The notes: generated from the letters alone by a model not told the origin. A stretch of 64,000 nucleotides of DNA from an uncultured Desulfobacter sp. (GCA_963665095.1 OY762069.1:4800001-4864000); one strand, 5' to 3'. Shown: positions 19,240 through 28,695, numbered from the stretch's first letter. Program-made: numbers and translations.

Positions 19240-19983
19240 TTAGATGGTGATATTCACCTTATCTGCATATGGTATAAACATCCTGGTGCCGCCGCCCTCC
19301 ATAATGGCGCTGATCAGACTTTGGTTTTCCCGGACAATGATACCTGATGCACAGGTGACAGGGGTGCCTTGGTAACATTCCGGGGCCAGCGGGGTGGAGG
19401 GTCCCAGCACAGCCACATGTTGGCAGCTGGCCGCATGAACCAGGAGATCATCAAAGGTTTGATTGATAATGGAGGTAGCTGTGATCAGGGCCACATCACA
19501 CTCCGGCAGCCGGTCAGGAATGCTATCTGACGGATGAATGCCGGAAGATGCGTCCGGGTGCATGTCAAAGACCGTCAGCTGGGCCCCACGTTTTTTGATT
19601 ACCGGTACCAGGGGCTTGAATTCGCCCACCATGCCGACTTTTATGCCCGGTTCCAGATGCAGGTGGTCCAGGATATCCCCGGTGGCGGAAGGGGTTGCCC
19701 GCCGGCTGAATATCGCATTGGCAACCGCTGTACACACGCTGTTGGCAAGGGGGCCTTTCCCTGCGAAATCAAGCAGCTCAGATACCTTTGAGCCTGCCAG
19801 GGGGCGTTTGGGAAGGTTGTGGGTACAGTCCCCTTTACCGGGGCTCCCTCTGAATATATAGGCCACACCGGCAGCACCGTTTTCAAGTTCTGCGCAACAA
19901 TAGGCCAGGCCCACATAAACAGCCTTTACCGTCTCATTTCCACCCCAATTTCTGGCCTGTTCCGCCAGTTTTTCTATAAACAT
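19240..19983 (-). CDS. DUF364/DUF4213 (enolase-N-like + Rossmann-like) protein
   Basis: VYVGLAY, TAVANA, KVGMVGEF.P, ITATSIINQT, VLGPSTPL; start MFIEKL after RBS GAGGG (the ORF-track extension is repeat-derived). Confidence 0.85.
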   Translation of the reverse strand: MFIEKLAEQARNWGGNETVKAVYVGLAYCCAELENGAAGVAYIFRGSPGKGDCTHNLPKRPLAGSKVSELLDFAGKGPLANSVCTAVANAIFSRRATPSATGDILDHLHLEPGIKVGMVGEFKPLVPVIKKRGAQLTVFDMHPDASSGIHPSDSIPDRLPECDVALITATSIINQTFDDLLVHAASCQHVAVLGPSTPLAPECYQGTPVTCASGIIVRENQSLISAIMEGGGTRMFIPYADKVNITI

Positions 19984-20016
19984 GATGTGTTCCCTCTTAT
20001 TAGTCTGCGTATGGAA

Positions 20017-20141
20017 GTGTTTGGGCGAAGAGTTGCCCAGATGCAAAGTGCAGAAAAATTTGCAACCGGAGCAACCTCTCGGTTGTGAGGATTGCAGATT
20101 TTTCTGCAACGCCGCAGGTGGGTGAGTCTTTGTTCAAACAC
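20017..20141. mobile_element. Palindromic miniature element, copy 1
   Basis: GTGTTTGGGCG...GTTCAAACAC ends; internal CAGATGCAA and GCAACGCCGCAGGTGG shared with 38701 and 44286 copies. Confidence 0.85.
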
Positions 20142-20964
20142 CTTCTTTTCGCATGGTTAGATACCGTATTATAAGCAGGCCCAGCAGCACGCCGTACACA
20201 AGAAAAAATATCCGGGCCAAAGGATTAATGCTGTGGTGAATTTCCACCCCGATGCGGTCCGAGTCCTTGGCAATGAAAAAACCAGCCAGAAAGAAATAGT
20301 TTGATCCCACACGCACCGGCGACATCATTTTCAGCTCCGTTGCCGGTACAGTCTCGTCTGCGCCCTTATTCACAGGGCGTGTTGTTTTCGTTACCTGGAT
20401 ATGGGCCAGGTTTTTCTCCTTTGAGAACTTTTTTGCCGGGATGGCAAAGCTTTTCTTTTTCCGGCCCTTTCCGTTTTCCCGGATCAGGGAAAGGTCACTG
20501 ACAAAAGAGACATCTTTGACTGTCACGGTAAATTCGCCCATTACTGCGGACTGTCCCGGATAAAGCTTGATGGGCTGGTGACGCTCAATCATGGTCATGT
20601 CCATGGCATGGAGCAGGATCACCACAAGGGCTGTGATGTGGATCAGGGTCATCTGGATGGATCTGCGCCGTTTTTCTCCTTCATGGCCTTTAAGCTTGCC
20701 AAGGATCTTAATCTGGGAATAGGTGCAGCAGGCCGTATTGATGAAAAGACAGGCCCCCACGGCAAAAAAGATAAGCAGCCAGGTCGGCAGCACAAATGTT
20801 TCAGTGATAAGCCCTATACAGTGGCGCAGGTGGGTGGTGTTCATCTCCCGGAAAACGTTATAATAGTCATCCACCGAAGTAAGACCGCTGCCAACGCCAC
20901 AGATCAGAGCCAGCAAAGCAAAGAAAAGGTAACTGGCCTTTAGTGAAAAAAAGAACGATTTCAT
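20134..20964 (-). CDS. ResB/Ccs1 (CcsB)-like membrane protein
   Basis: Three N-terminal TM helices with LFINTACCT and LIHITALVVIL signatures, periplasmic beta-rich domain, C-terminal TM; start MKSFFF overlapping upstream stop. Confidence 0.6.
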   Translation of the reverse strand: MKSFFFSLKASYLFFALLALICGVGSGLTSVDDYYNVFREMNTTHLRHCIGLITETFVLPTWLLIFFAVGACLFINTACCTYSQIKILGKLKGHEGEKRRRSIQMTLIHITALVVILLHAMDMTMIERHQPIKLYPGQSAVMGEFTVTVKDVSFVSDLSLIRENGKGRKKKSFAIPAKKFSKEKNLAHIQVTKTTRPVNKGADETVPATELKMMSPVRVGSNYFFLAGFFIAKDSDRIGVEIHHSINPLARIFFLVYGVLLGLLIIRYLTMRKEGV

Positions 20965-21728
20965 ACCTGCACCACCTTGGAAAAGATCATACCCGAGGCC
21001 ACCAGTGCCAGGGGCAGAAACAGGGCAAAGGCCTGGGCTTTGGCCGATGAAAAAACAGACCGGGGAACATGAAGGGCCACCATGAACAGGACAAAGACCA
21101 TGGCGGAGAATAAAAAGTTGCCGCTCCAGCGCCAGGTGGTGCCCCATCCCATGAAGCCCCAGTAGCAGCCGGCAATTTCACCGCCCAGAAAAATCAGGGC
21201 TGCCAGCATGGCTGCCTGTTTGGCCTCTGCCGTTGCCTGGGGCTTAAAGGTGCCTTTCCCCCAGAGAATGTCAGGGGCGCTTCCCAGGGCAAACAGGGTC
21301 AGGCCCAAGCTCAAAGGCCTGGAGAGAAAAAACGCTTTGGCATAAATATAACTCATCATAAAGGTGTCATGGCGGAACTCTTCAGGCACCATGGACAAAA
21401 GAGCTAAAAGAACCAGAAAGACCCCGCTTGCCCGCAGCCGCAGGCTTTGGCGGCCACGATCTGTCTTCAGGCAGAACGACTGCCAGATGCACAGGATAAG
21501 TCCTGCAAAGGTGAAATTGGGTGCAATTCCTGAAAGAGATGTCAGGCCGTACGCAGACAGAAAAAAGAAAGACTGCATGATCCAGCCAAGCCCCACCACG
21601 GGCCAGGCCACAGCCGCCAGCCGGTTTTTTCCGGCCACAACCGCCAGTATCCCCAAGATCACATTCAGCCGGGCACACATAAGATAGCCGGTCATGGGAT
21701 CAGACCATATTGAAAGTTCACACATCAT
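20961..21728 (-). CDS. CcsA/ResC-like (WWD-domain) membrane protein, degenerate
   Basis: GCYWGFMGWGTTWRWSGN resembles GxxWAxxxWGxxWxWD; downstream ALH histidine; multiple TM helices. Confidence 0.65.
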   Translation of the reverse strand: MMCELSIWSDPMTGYLMCARLNVILGILAVVAGKNRLAAVAWPVVGLGWIMQSFFFLSAYGLTSLSGIAPNFTFAGLILCIWQSFCLKTDRGRQSLRLRASGVFLVLLALLSMVPEEFRHDTFMMSYIYAKAFFLSRPLSLGLTLFALGSAPDILWGKGTFKPQATAEAKQAAMLAALIFLGGEIAGCYWGFMGWGTTWRWSGNFLFSAMVFVLFMVALHVPRSVFSSAKAQAFALFLPLALVASGMIFSKVVQV

Positions 21729-23073
21729 GTTCCTCGTTGTTTAAAAATCGGTTAATCTGTTTTGCTGCATTCGGATCAGATACCCGGACAATCACCGGGT
21801 CGGCAAGGAGCCAGCGGCGGCAGACAGCTTCAATGAATTCCGTACGGACCACCCAGATGTGGCGCAAGGTTTTCACAGAGAGCAGCGGCGAAAGATACGG
21901 GGCAAAGTTCTTCCCCTTGAGTTCAAAACGCCCCACTTCATCCACAACCACACAATGGCGGAAACTGTTTTCCAAAGGATCCAGAGCGGTTCGGGCCAGG
22001 GCCATCCCCTGTTCATCAAAAAGAAAATGGCTGGTAGGGGTATTGTTGGCCCGCCGGGCAAAGGGGGCAGACTGCTTTGTGGCAAGGCAGTGCAGGTCAC
22101 TTTGAAACCGAAGTCCCTCTTTGAAAAATCCCGGGCAGGTAAATCCGCCGAAATCCAGATGGGGGTTCTCTTTGATCACCTGGTGGAGCAGGGTGGTTTT
22201 TCCCTGGCCTGATTCCCCTGTGAGCAGCAGCACCCGGCCCTTGAAATCCGGGTGGACAAAGGCGGGTACAAGGCCTGGGGGGCCAGGGCCCCGGCTCTGC
22301 CAGGCCGCCATGCCGTACAGGCGGCTGATGGCCGGGCCGGTCAGGGTTTCCTGTACCGGGCCTGAATCCAGAATCCGTCCCCTGTGAAGGAGCACGGCCC
22401 GGTCGGCAAACATCAGGGCATGGTTGGGGTCGTGAAGGCAGGCCACCACGCAGGAGTTGTGATCCTTTGTCAGGGCTTTGAGCCAGGCCAGCATCCGGAA
22501 ACGGTTGCTGTAGTCCAGGTGGTTGGTGGGTTCATCCAGGAAAATGATCTTCCGGGACTGCACCAGGGCCCTTGCCAGCAGCACCATCTGTTTTTCCCCG
22601 CCGGAAAGATCCGTATAGGTTCTTTGGGCCAGATGGGATATCTGCAACTCTTCAAGCACGGCCCGGGCAGCTGTTTCATCCTCGTTTCCCGGTGCCCCGA
22701 AACTGCCTAAAAATACGGTGCGGCCCATGACCACCACCTCAAGCACGGAAAAGGGAAACATGTCCTCATGCTCCTGGGGCACAAAGCTGACCCGCCGGGC
22801 AATATCCCTGCGGCCGGCGGAACCCGGGTCCAGTCCGCCCACAAGAAGGTGGGCGGCGCTGCAGGGCTTTAAGCCCAGAAGACAGGAGAGCAAGGTGCTT
22901 TTGCCTGCCCCGTTGCGGCCCAGAACCGCCACAAACTCACCTGAATAAAAATCAAGGCTGATCTCTTTGAGCACCTGTCTGCCGGCATAGGAAAAATTTA
23001 AATATTTACACGAGACCAAAGGGTCTTTCATGGGATTTCCCGGGAGCGTGTTCATGGGATCTGTCATGCCCAT
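21718..23073 (-). CDS. FecE/BtuD-type ABC ATPase fused to a C-terminal THEP1/DUF2478-like NTPase
   Basis: GRNGAGKST, LSGGEKQ, LDEPTNHLD; second P-loop GESGQGKTT and VVVDEVGRFE. Confidence 0.88.
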   Translation of the reverse strand: MGMTDPMNTLPGNPMKDPLVSCKYLNFSYAGRQVLKEISLDFYSGEFVAVLGRNGAGKSTLLSCLLGLKPCSAAHLLVGGLDPGSAGRRDIARRVSFVPQEHEDMFPFSVLEVVVMGRTVFLGSFGAPGNEDETAARAVLEELQISHLAQRTYTDLSGGEKQMVLLARALVQSRKIIFLDEPTNHLDYSNRFRMLAWLKALTKDHNSCVVACLHDPNHALMFADRAVLLHRGRILDSGPVQETLTGPAISRLYGMAAWQSRGPGPPGLVPAFVHPDFKGRVLLLTGESGQGKTTLLHQVIKENPHLDFGGFTCPGFFKEGLRFQSDLHCLATKQSAPFARRANNTPTSHFLFDEQGMALARTALDPLENSFRHCVVVDEVGRFELKGKNFAPYLSPLLSVKTLRHIWVVRTEFIEAVCRRWLLADPVIVRVSDPNAAKQINRFLNNEEHDV

Positions 23074-24119
23074 CCCCTGTTTTTGTTTTTATACAGAAGA
23101 AAGGCAAATACCGGCCCGCCGATAAGCGAGGTGATCACCCCTAACGGCAGTTCGGAACTTAGGACGGACCGTGCAATATCATCGGCCAGAACCAGAAAGC
23201 TTGCGCCCAGAAGGGCGGAGCAGGGGATGAGCAGGCGGTGGTTGGGGCCCAGGATGGTTCTTACGATGTGGGGGATTACCAGCCCCACCCAGGCGATCTG
23301 TCCGCAGGAGGCCACGCATACCGCCACCACAAAGGAGCTCACCCCGATGAGAAAGAGCCGCAGCCCTCCGGGATTTACCCCCAGGGCCCGGGCCGCGTCA
23401 TCCCCTAAGGAGAGAACATTAAGCCGGTACCGGTAGAGGTGGAACACGAGGTAACCGCCAATCACCGCAGGCAGGATCTGGATGACATCCGGCCATGAGG
23501 CACCTGACAGGGAGCCCATGACCCAGAACACAATGGCGGGCAACTGCCCCAAAGGGTCTGCCACGGTTTTTACAATCATGAAAAATGCATGGAACAGGGA
23601 GCCTGTGATCACACCGGTGAGTACCAGTACCAGCACCCGGGATGTTTTCACGGCCCGGGCCATGGCAAGGGCCATGGAGACGGCCGTAACCCCCATGATA
23701 AAAGAGAGCAGGCGGACAACGAAAAAAGAGGTGCCCGGGATGACAAGTCCCAGGGCCGCCCCAAAAGTACACCCGGCTGCCACACCTAAAATGTCCGGTG
23801 AGACCAGGGGATTTCTGAATAACCCCTGGTATACCGCCCCGGATACGGACAGACCCGCACCCACCAGCAGAGCCATGAGAATCCTGGGAAACCGGATGAG
23901 CATCAGGACCCGTTCCTGTTCATCCAAACCTTGATAACTGCCTGACAGGATATCTGTTAAAAGGCCTGGAAACCGGACAAGGGCGTTGAGCACATGGGAA
24001 AATGAAATCTCCATGCGCCCGGTAAAACAGGAGATAAAAGCGGCAGCAATAAGCACACCCAGAAAGATAAGAGACACCTTGAGCGCGGAGCTTGCGGGTT
24101 TGGTCCCAGGCCTGTTCAT
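23064..24119 (-). CDS. FecCD/BtuC family permease (importer 1)
   Basis: RFPRILMALLVGAGL, FRNPLVSPDILGV, IAWVGLVIPH. Confidence 0.95.
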   Translation of the reverse strand: MNRPGTKPASSALKVSLIFLGVLIAAAFISCFTGRMEISFSHVLNALVRFPGLLTDILSGSYQGLDEQERVLMLIRFPRILMALLVGAGLSVSGAVYQGLFRNPLVSPDILGVAAGCTFGAALGLVIPGTSFFVVRLLSFIMGVTAVSMALAMARAVKTSRVLVLVLTGVITGSLFHAFFMIVKTVADPLGQLPAIVFWVMGSLSGASWPDVIQILPAVIGGYLVFHLYRYRLNVLSLGDDAARALGVNPGGLRLFLIGVSSFVVAVCVASCGQIAWVGLVIPHIVRTILGPNHRLLIPCSALLGASFLVLADDIARSVLSSELPLGVITSLIGGPVFAFLLYKNKNRGWA

Positions 24120-25120
24120 TGATCAACAGATCCTGTAACTAAGGGATGTTTTCGGCTGAAACCTTTGCCGAATATGGTATCATACAGGCGATTGATTTCC
24201 GCCTGGACCGTATCTTTCGGGAACAGATCCGGGTGGGTGCAGCCGGCCATCCATAAAATGCCTGCCATGGCCAAAGGAGAGGGAAAATCCCAATAGGTTT
24301 GGGCCGGTACCTCGAAAATGGCCCCTTTTTTTACGGCACTAAGCGCGGAAAATTCCTGGTTTTCAAGTTTTTGTTTCTCCTGCCGGGCAATTCTGTCTGA
24401 GGCGATAATCACCTCCGGGTTCCAGGACAGCAGCTGTTCCCGGCTCACGGTGATGAAAAATCCGTGGGTGTTCTCAGACACATTGGTACCGCCGGCTATT
24501 TTGATCATTTCGTGTTGCAGCATATCCCCGGAAACCGTGGTGAGCAGGCGGGAACCGGCATAGTACACCTTTTTTCGGGGACGTTGTTTTAAAGTGTGGG
24601 TCAGCCTTGCCTCAATGGCCTCCATGGCGCTGATGACGGCATCGGTATGCTTTGTGCGGCCCGACGCCCGGCCAATGAGATCCAGGGACTGTTTAACACC
24701 TGTCATGGTTTCCGGCACGATCACAATGGCTGGAACCCCCATTTTCGTCAGATGGTCTGCCAGCCGGATACCGTCCTTTTGACCGTACATGATCACAAGG
24801 TCCGGTTTTAAAGAAAAAATGGTTTCAAGACTTAACCCGACCGAGCGGTTTCCCACAAGCACGGGCGGGTGGTCCGGATCAACCAGGGCTTCATAGATGG
24901 AGGCGGTGCCGTCCTTGTTGGATGCACCCACAAGGGCGTCGGAAAGATCCGCGCAAAGGGCGAAAAGGGAGGCAGGAATAAAGGTGGTGACAACGCGGTT
25001 GACCGGCTGGGGGATGGAAACCTTGCGGCCGGCCTGGTCCGTCACAACAACTTCCGCACTTAAGCAGACCGTCTGCCAGCAGCAAACCATGGAAAAGACA
25101 AAATAGAGAATTTTTTTCAT
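24116..25120 (-). CDS. Class III (helical backbone) substrate-binding protein (importer 1)
   Basis: Signal peptide, TDQAGRKV, LKPDLVI, WNPEVII, YWDFPSP. Confidence 0.92.
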   Translation of the reverse strand: MKKILYFVFSMVCCWQTVCLSAEVVVTDQAGRKVSIPQPVNRVVTTFIPASLFALCADLSDALVGASNKDGTASIYEALVDPDHPPVLVGNRSVGLSLETIFSLKPDLVIMYGQKDGIRLADHLTKMGVPAIVIVPETMTGVKQSLDLIGRASGRTKHTDAVISAMEAIEARLTHTLKQRPRKKVYYAGSRLLTTVSGDMLQHEMIKIAGGTNVSENTHGFFITVSREQLLSWNPEVIIASDRIARQEKQKLENQEFSALSAVKKGAIFEVPAQTYWDFPSPLAMAGILWMAGCTHPDLFPKDTVQAEINRLYDTIFGKGFSRKHPLVTGSVDQ

Positions 25121-25188
25121 TAAAACTTCCCAAGTTTTTAAGAAAGCAGGATGTTAAAGGAAAAAATAGTCCAAAGCCTGCCTGACAA

Positions 25189-25224
25189 TTTTTAAGGTTA
25201 TGATCATTTTTAAAGTTATGATCA
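25189..25224. promoter_or_regulatory. 18-bp tandem direct repeat TTTTTAA(G/A)GTTATGATCA x2 in divergent promoter region
   Basis: Two adjacent copies with one mismatch. Confidence 0.55.
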
Positions 25225-25403
25225 AAGGTCGGGGGGTGAAAGAGCCTTTAATTCGCTCCCTACCTGCCCTTCTGTCACATCTGGCATAAATAGAAACTTT
25301 GCCGTCTAATGTCAATTTGAAATTGAAAATCAGGCTTGCGGATTCGCAATGCCCAAAATAGGTGTTGACAAGGCAAAATTACAAATAGTACATGATGGCC
25401 ATA

Positions 25404-25425
25404 TTTGACGTTTTTAAGCGTCAAA
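25404..25425. promoter_or_regulatory. Palindrome TTTGACG-N8-CGTCAAA, candidate operator
   Basis: Lies between a TTGACA at 25365 and the start of the rightward operon. Confidence 0.45.
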
Positions 25426-25464
25426 AGACGTTAATAAAAATAAAATTGCATTTTGGAAATAACT

Positions 25465-26262
25465 ATGACCACATTAGAGGTCAATCATCTCTATTTTAAT
25501 TACGACACTGCCAAGGTGTTAAAGGATGTCTCCTTTAACGCCGGGCCGGGAAAGGTTTTAGGCCTGCTTGGCCCCAATGCCTCGGGCAAAACCACCCTGT
25601 TTAAATGCATGAACGGAGTCCTTAACCCTGAAAAAGGCCATGTCAGCCTGTCCGGTCGGCCCATCGCGGCAATGTCCAGGAAAAATCTGTCCCGGCTCAT
25701 GGCGGTGGTGCCCCAGCAGACCGGGTCTGCGTTTTCGTTCACAGCCAGGGATATGGTGGTCATGGCCCGATCGGCGACGTTGTCCATGTGGCAGCGGCCG
25801 TCAAAAAAAGATTATGATGGTGCGGAGCAAGCCCTTGCGGACTTGGGGGCGGCAGGACTTTCATCGCGCATGTTCAGTGCCTTAAGCGGCGGCGAAAAAC
25901 AAATTGTTCTTCTGGCCCGGGCCATGTTTCAATCCCCGGCTGTTCTTCTTTTGGATGAGCCCACTGCCCATCTGGACTTTAAGAATCAGCATTTGATGCT
26001 TGATATGGTCAAAAGCGTGACCCTTAAGCAGGGCCTGACAACGGTTGTTACTTTGCATGATCCCAACCTTGCTTCGCGATACTGCGATGAAATTGTGATG
26101 ATTAAACAGGGACGGGTAATCGAATGCGGCCCTGTGAGGCATGTCCTCAGGGAGGATATTCTGGAGTCCGTGTACGGTATAAAAGTCATGGTGCAGAACC
26201 ACTGCCTTGGCAGGCACCTTGTCATTCCCCGGACAGATGCTGCCGGGGCCGTCATGTTTTAA
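25465..26262 (+). CDS. FecE/BtuD-type ABC ATPase (importer 2)
   Basis: GPNASGKTT, LSGGEKQ, LDEPTAHLD, LHDPNLA. Confidence 0.95.
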   Translation: MTTLEVNHLYFNYDTAKVLKDVSFNAGPGKVLGLLGPNASGKTTLFKCMNGVLNPEKGHVSLSGRPIAAMSRKNLSRLMAVVPQQTGSAFSFTARDMVVMARSATLSMWQRPSKKDYDGAEQALADLGAAGLSSRMFSALSGGEKQIVLLARAMFQSPAVLLLDEPTAHLDFKNQHLMLDMVKSVTLKQGLTTVVTLHDPNLASRYCDEIVMIKQGRVIECGPVRHVLREDILESVYGIKVMVQNHCLGRHLVIPRTDAAGAVMF

Positions 26263-26273
26263 GTGGAGACGGT

Positions 26274-27293
26274 GTGACTAAACAAACCCTCCTGTTTCCG
26301 TTGTTTTTCTTATGCTTGGGCTGCACTGTCGGGGTGGCCCTGTCCACGGGCAAATATCCCTTGGATCTTCCCACCCTGGGCCGGCTGATTTTTGGTGCCC
26401 TTGGTTTGAAAGAGCTGCCTGGGGATCTGGCCGGCCCCGGGCTTGTTCTCTGGTCCGTCCGGATGCCCAGGATCGTCATGGCGATCCTGGTGGGGGCAGG
26501 GCTGTCGGTTGCAGGCACCATGTTCCAGGGCCTGTTTAAGAACCCACTGGTATCGCCGGGAATCCTGGGTGTGACCTCCGGGGCCAACTTTGGTGCGGCC
26601 CTGGGATTGCTTTTCCTTGCCGGGAATGCCGTGGCCATCCAGGTGTCGGCCTTTTTCTGGGGCCTTGGTGCGGTATGGCTGACCTATGAGGTGGGCAAAC
26701 GGGGGGACCGGTCTGTCACAACCCTGGTTCTGGCCGGGGTCATTGTCTCTTCCCTTTTCATGGCCGGACTTTCCTATATCAAGTGTAAGGCCGATCCCTT
26801 GGGCCAACTCCCTGCCATTGTCTTCTGGACCATGGGCAGTTTCAACAGCGTCTCCTGGCAGGATGTGGCTGCCGGCGGAAGCCTGATCGCCGCAGGGCTG
26901 ATTGCCTCCTGTTTTTTTAGCTGGAGCCTTAACCCCATGGCCCTTGGGGAGGAGGAGGCGCTCTCTTTAGGGATTAATGTGGCAGGGCGCAGGGCTGTTT
27001 ATATTCTATTGGCCACCCTGATGGTATCTGCTGCCACAGCCCCCTGCGGCAGCATCGGGTGGGTGGGGCTTTTGGTCCCCCATATGGCCAGGATGCTGGT
27101 GGGGGCGCAGCACGAACGCCTGGTGCCCTTTGCAGGCATTCTGGGGGCGATTTTTATGCTGGTCATGGACACCATCGCCCGCATCCTGCCGGGCGGCGAG
27201 ATTCCTGTGGGAATATTAACCGCTGTGATTGGTGCCCCCTGTTTTGGGTTTCTTTTGATCCGGAACAGGACCGGTGTCTGGAATAACAAATAA
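26274..27293 (+). CDS. FecCD/BtuC family permease (importer 2)
   Basis: RMPRIVMAILVGAGL, FKNPLVSP, IGWVGLLVPH; GTG start after GGAG. Confidence 0.95.
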   Translation: MTKQTLLFPLFFLCLGCTVGVALSTGKYPLDLPTLGRLIFGALGLKELPGDLAGPGLVLWSVRMPRIVMAILVGAGLSVAGTMFQGLFKNPLVSPGILGVTSGANFGAALGLLFLAGNAVAIQVSAFFWGLGAVWLTYEVGKRGDRSVTTLVLAGVIVSSLFMAGLSYIKCKADPLGQLPAIVFWTMGSFNSVSWQDVAAGGSLIAAGLIASCFFSWSLNPMALGEEEALSLGINVAGRRAVYILLATLMVSAATAPCGSIGWVGLLVPHMARMLVGAQHERLVPFAGILGAIFMLVMDTIARILPGGEIPVGILTAVIGAPCFGFLLIRNRTGVWNNK

Positions 27294-27327
27294 TGAACTT
27301 TCCTGTATCAATTCCACGGAGATTTTT

Positions 27328-28431
27328 ATGAGGCAAAATAAAAAAAGAGGTTTGTCCCTTTGGCTGTTATTGGCAGTTATCAGGATTTTAACGTTCATGC
27401 TTTTTTCCGGCGCGGGTTCTCCGGTTTATGCGACGGAACAGGGGGTTCGGATGATCCGGGACCGGTCCGGCCGCACGGTCCAAATTCCTGAAACACCAAC
27501 GCACATCGCCTGTCTTTACGGGGCAAGCTATGAAAAGCTTCTGGCCCTTGGCGCCACCGACCGGATCTCCATGGTGGCCAACGTGGCCCTGCCCTGGAAT
27601 TTTGTGATCAACCCTAAGCTTTCTAAAATCCCGGTACTGGGCAGCTATGGAAGCCCGGATGTGGAGGCGTTGCTTCGCCTTAAAACAGATCTGGTGTTCT
27701 ATCATCCTTTTGCAAAGCAGATTGACCAGCTGACAGCGGCCCGGCTCCCAGTGGTGGTACCCTACAGCGGCAGTCAGCGCATGCATACCATGGACGCGTT
27801 CTTAGAGGACTGGTATGCACAGATCCGTTTCTATGGAGAGGTGCTGGGCGGGGATGCCATTGCCAGGGCCCGTGACTATTGCGCCTATGCAGACGAAAGG
27901 ATCCAAAAAGTCCTTGCCGTCACCTCCGCGATCCCTGAACAGCGCCGGCCAAAAGTGTTCTGGTACTGCGGTCAGGTCAGAGGTCCTTCAGGCACCCAGA
28001 CCCGCCATGCAACCGCGGACTGGCTTGTGACGGCGGCGGGCGGTGCCATGCTCACCCATGAGGAAGCTGCCTACTTTACCAGCGTCTCCACAGAAGAGTT
28101 GATTCTGTGGAATCCGGATATCATCCTGGTCAGCACCCTGCCGTCTCTGGATCCGGTGCTGTCCGATCCCCGGTTGAAAAACATCGCAGCAGTCCGGAAC
28201 CATAAGGTGTTCATGACCCCCCGGGGTCAGTTCTACTGGAGCCATTTTTCCACAGAGTCTTTTCTGTGCATCCTTTACATGGCCAAGCTGTTCCATCCGG
28301 ATGACTTTCAGGATCTGGATATGGTTGACGCGCTTTGTGACTATTACGTTAAATTTTACAATTACGATCTGACCCGGGACCAGGCAAAGCGGATACTGGC
28401 AAGCATGCCGCCTGATTCGCAAGACCATTAG
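27328..28431 (+). CDS. Class III substrate-binding protein (importer 2)
   Basis: N-terminal signal, DRSGRTV, WNPDIIL, AVRNHKV, YWSHFSTE. Confidence 0.9.
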   Translation: MRQNKKRGLSLWLLLAVIRILTFMLFSGAGSPVYATEQGVRMIRDRSGRTVQIPETPTHIACLYGASYEKLLALGATDRISMVANVALPWNFVINPKLSKIPVLGSYGSPDVEALLRLKTDLVFYHPFAKQIDQLTAARLPVVVPYSGSQRMHTMDAFLEDWYAQIRFYGEVLGGDAIARARDYCAYADERIQKVLAVTSAIPEQRRPKVFWYCGQVRGPSGTQTRHATADWLVTAAGGAMLTHEEAAYFTSVSTEELILWNPDIILVSTLPSLDPVLSDPRLKNIAAVRNHKVFMTPRGQFYWSHFSTESFLCILYMAKLFHPDDFQDLDMVDALCDYYVKFYNYDLTRDQAKRILASMPPDSQDH

Positions 28432-28563
28432 CCTTAACTATGTGAAACAGAGGGGCTCTTTGTAAATGGCTTCCTGTGGCACGCGTTTACTTCTCTATTA
28501 AAAAAATTGAGAAATACCCGGTCAGGTCTTTACCTTTAACAATAATTGATAGTATATAGCGGC

Positions 28564-28599
28564 TATGTCCAAATAGACACATATGTCCAAACAGACACA
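28564..28599. promoter_or_regulatory. 18-bp tandem repeat TATGTCCAAA(T/C)AGACACA x2, each containing TGTC-N6-GACA
   Basis: Seen directly ~330 bp upstream of the TonB receptor gene. Confidence 0.6.
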
Positions 28600-28641
28600 G
28601 TGAGTTTTGAAAGCGTTGAAGATGACTCAGTGACGCCTGAC

Positions 28642-28695
28642 GCGGATATTTCATTTCACATAACGGCAGGTACTCCTTCGTGAAATGTCCGGGCT
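28642..28695. repeat. Palindromic element related to 17094-17174 (opposite orientation)
   Basis: CGGATATTTCA ... TGAAATGTCCG arms. Confidence 0.6.

Noticed and set aside
19984..20109. Cys-rich N-terminal extension (CSGCKFFC) on the DUF364 ORF
   Set aside because: Derived from the miniature element at 20017-20141; the RBS-supported start is 19983.
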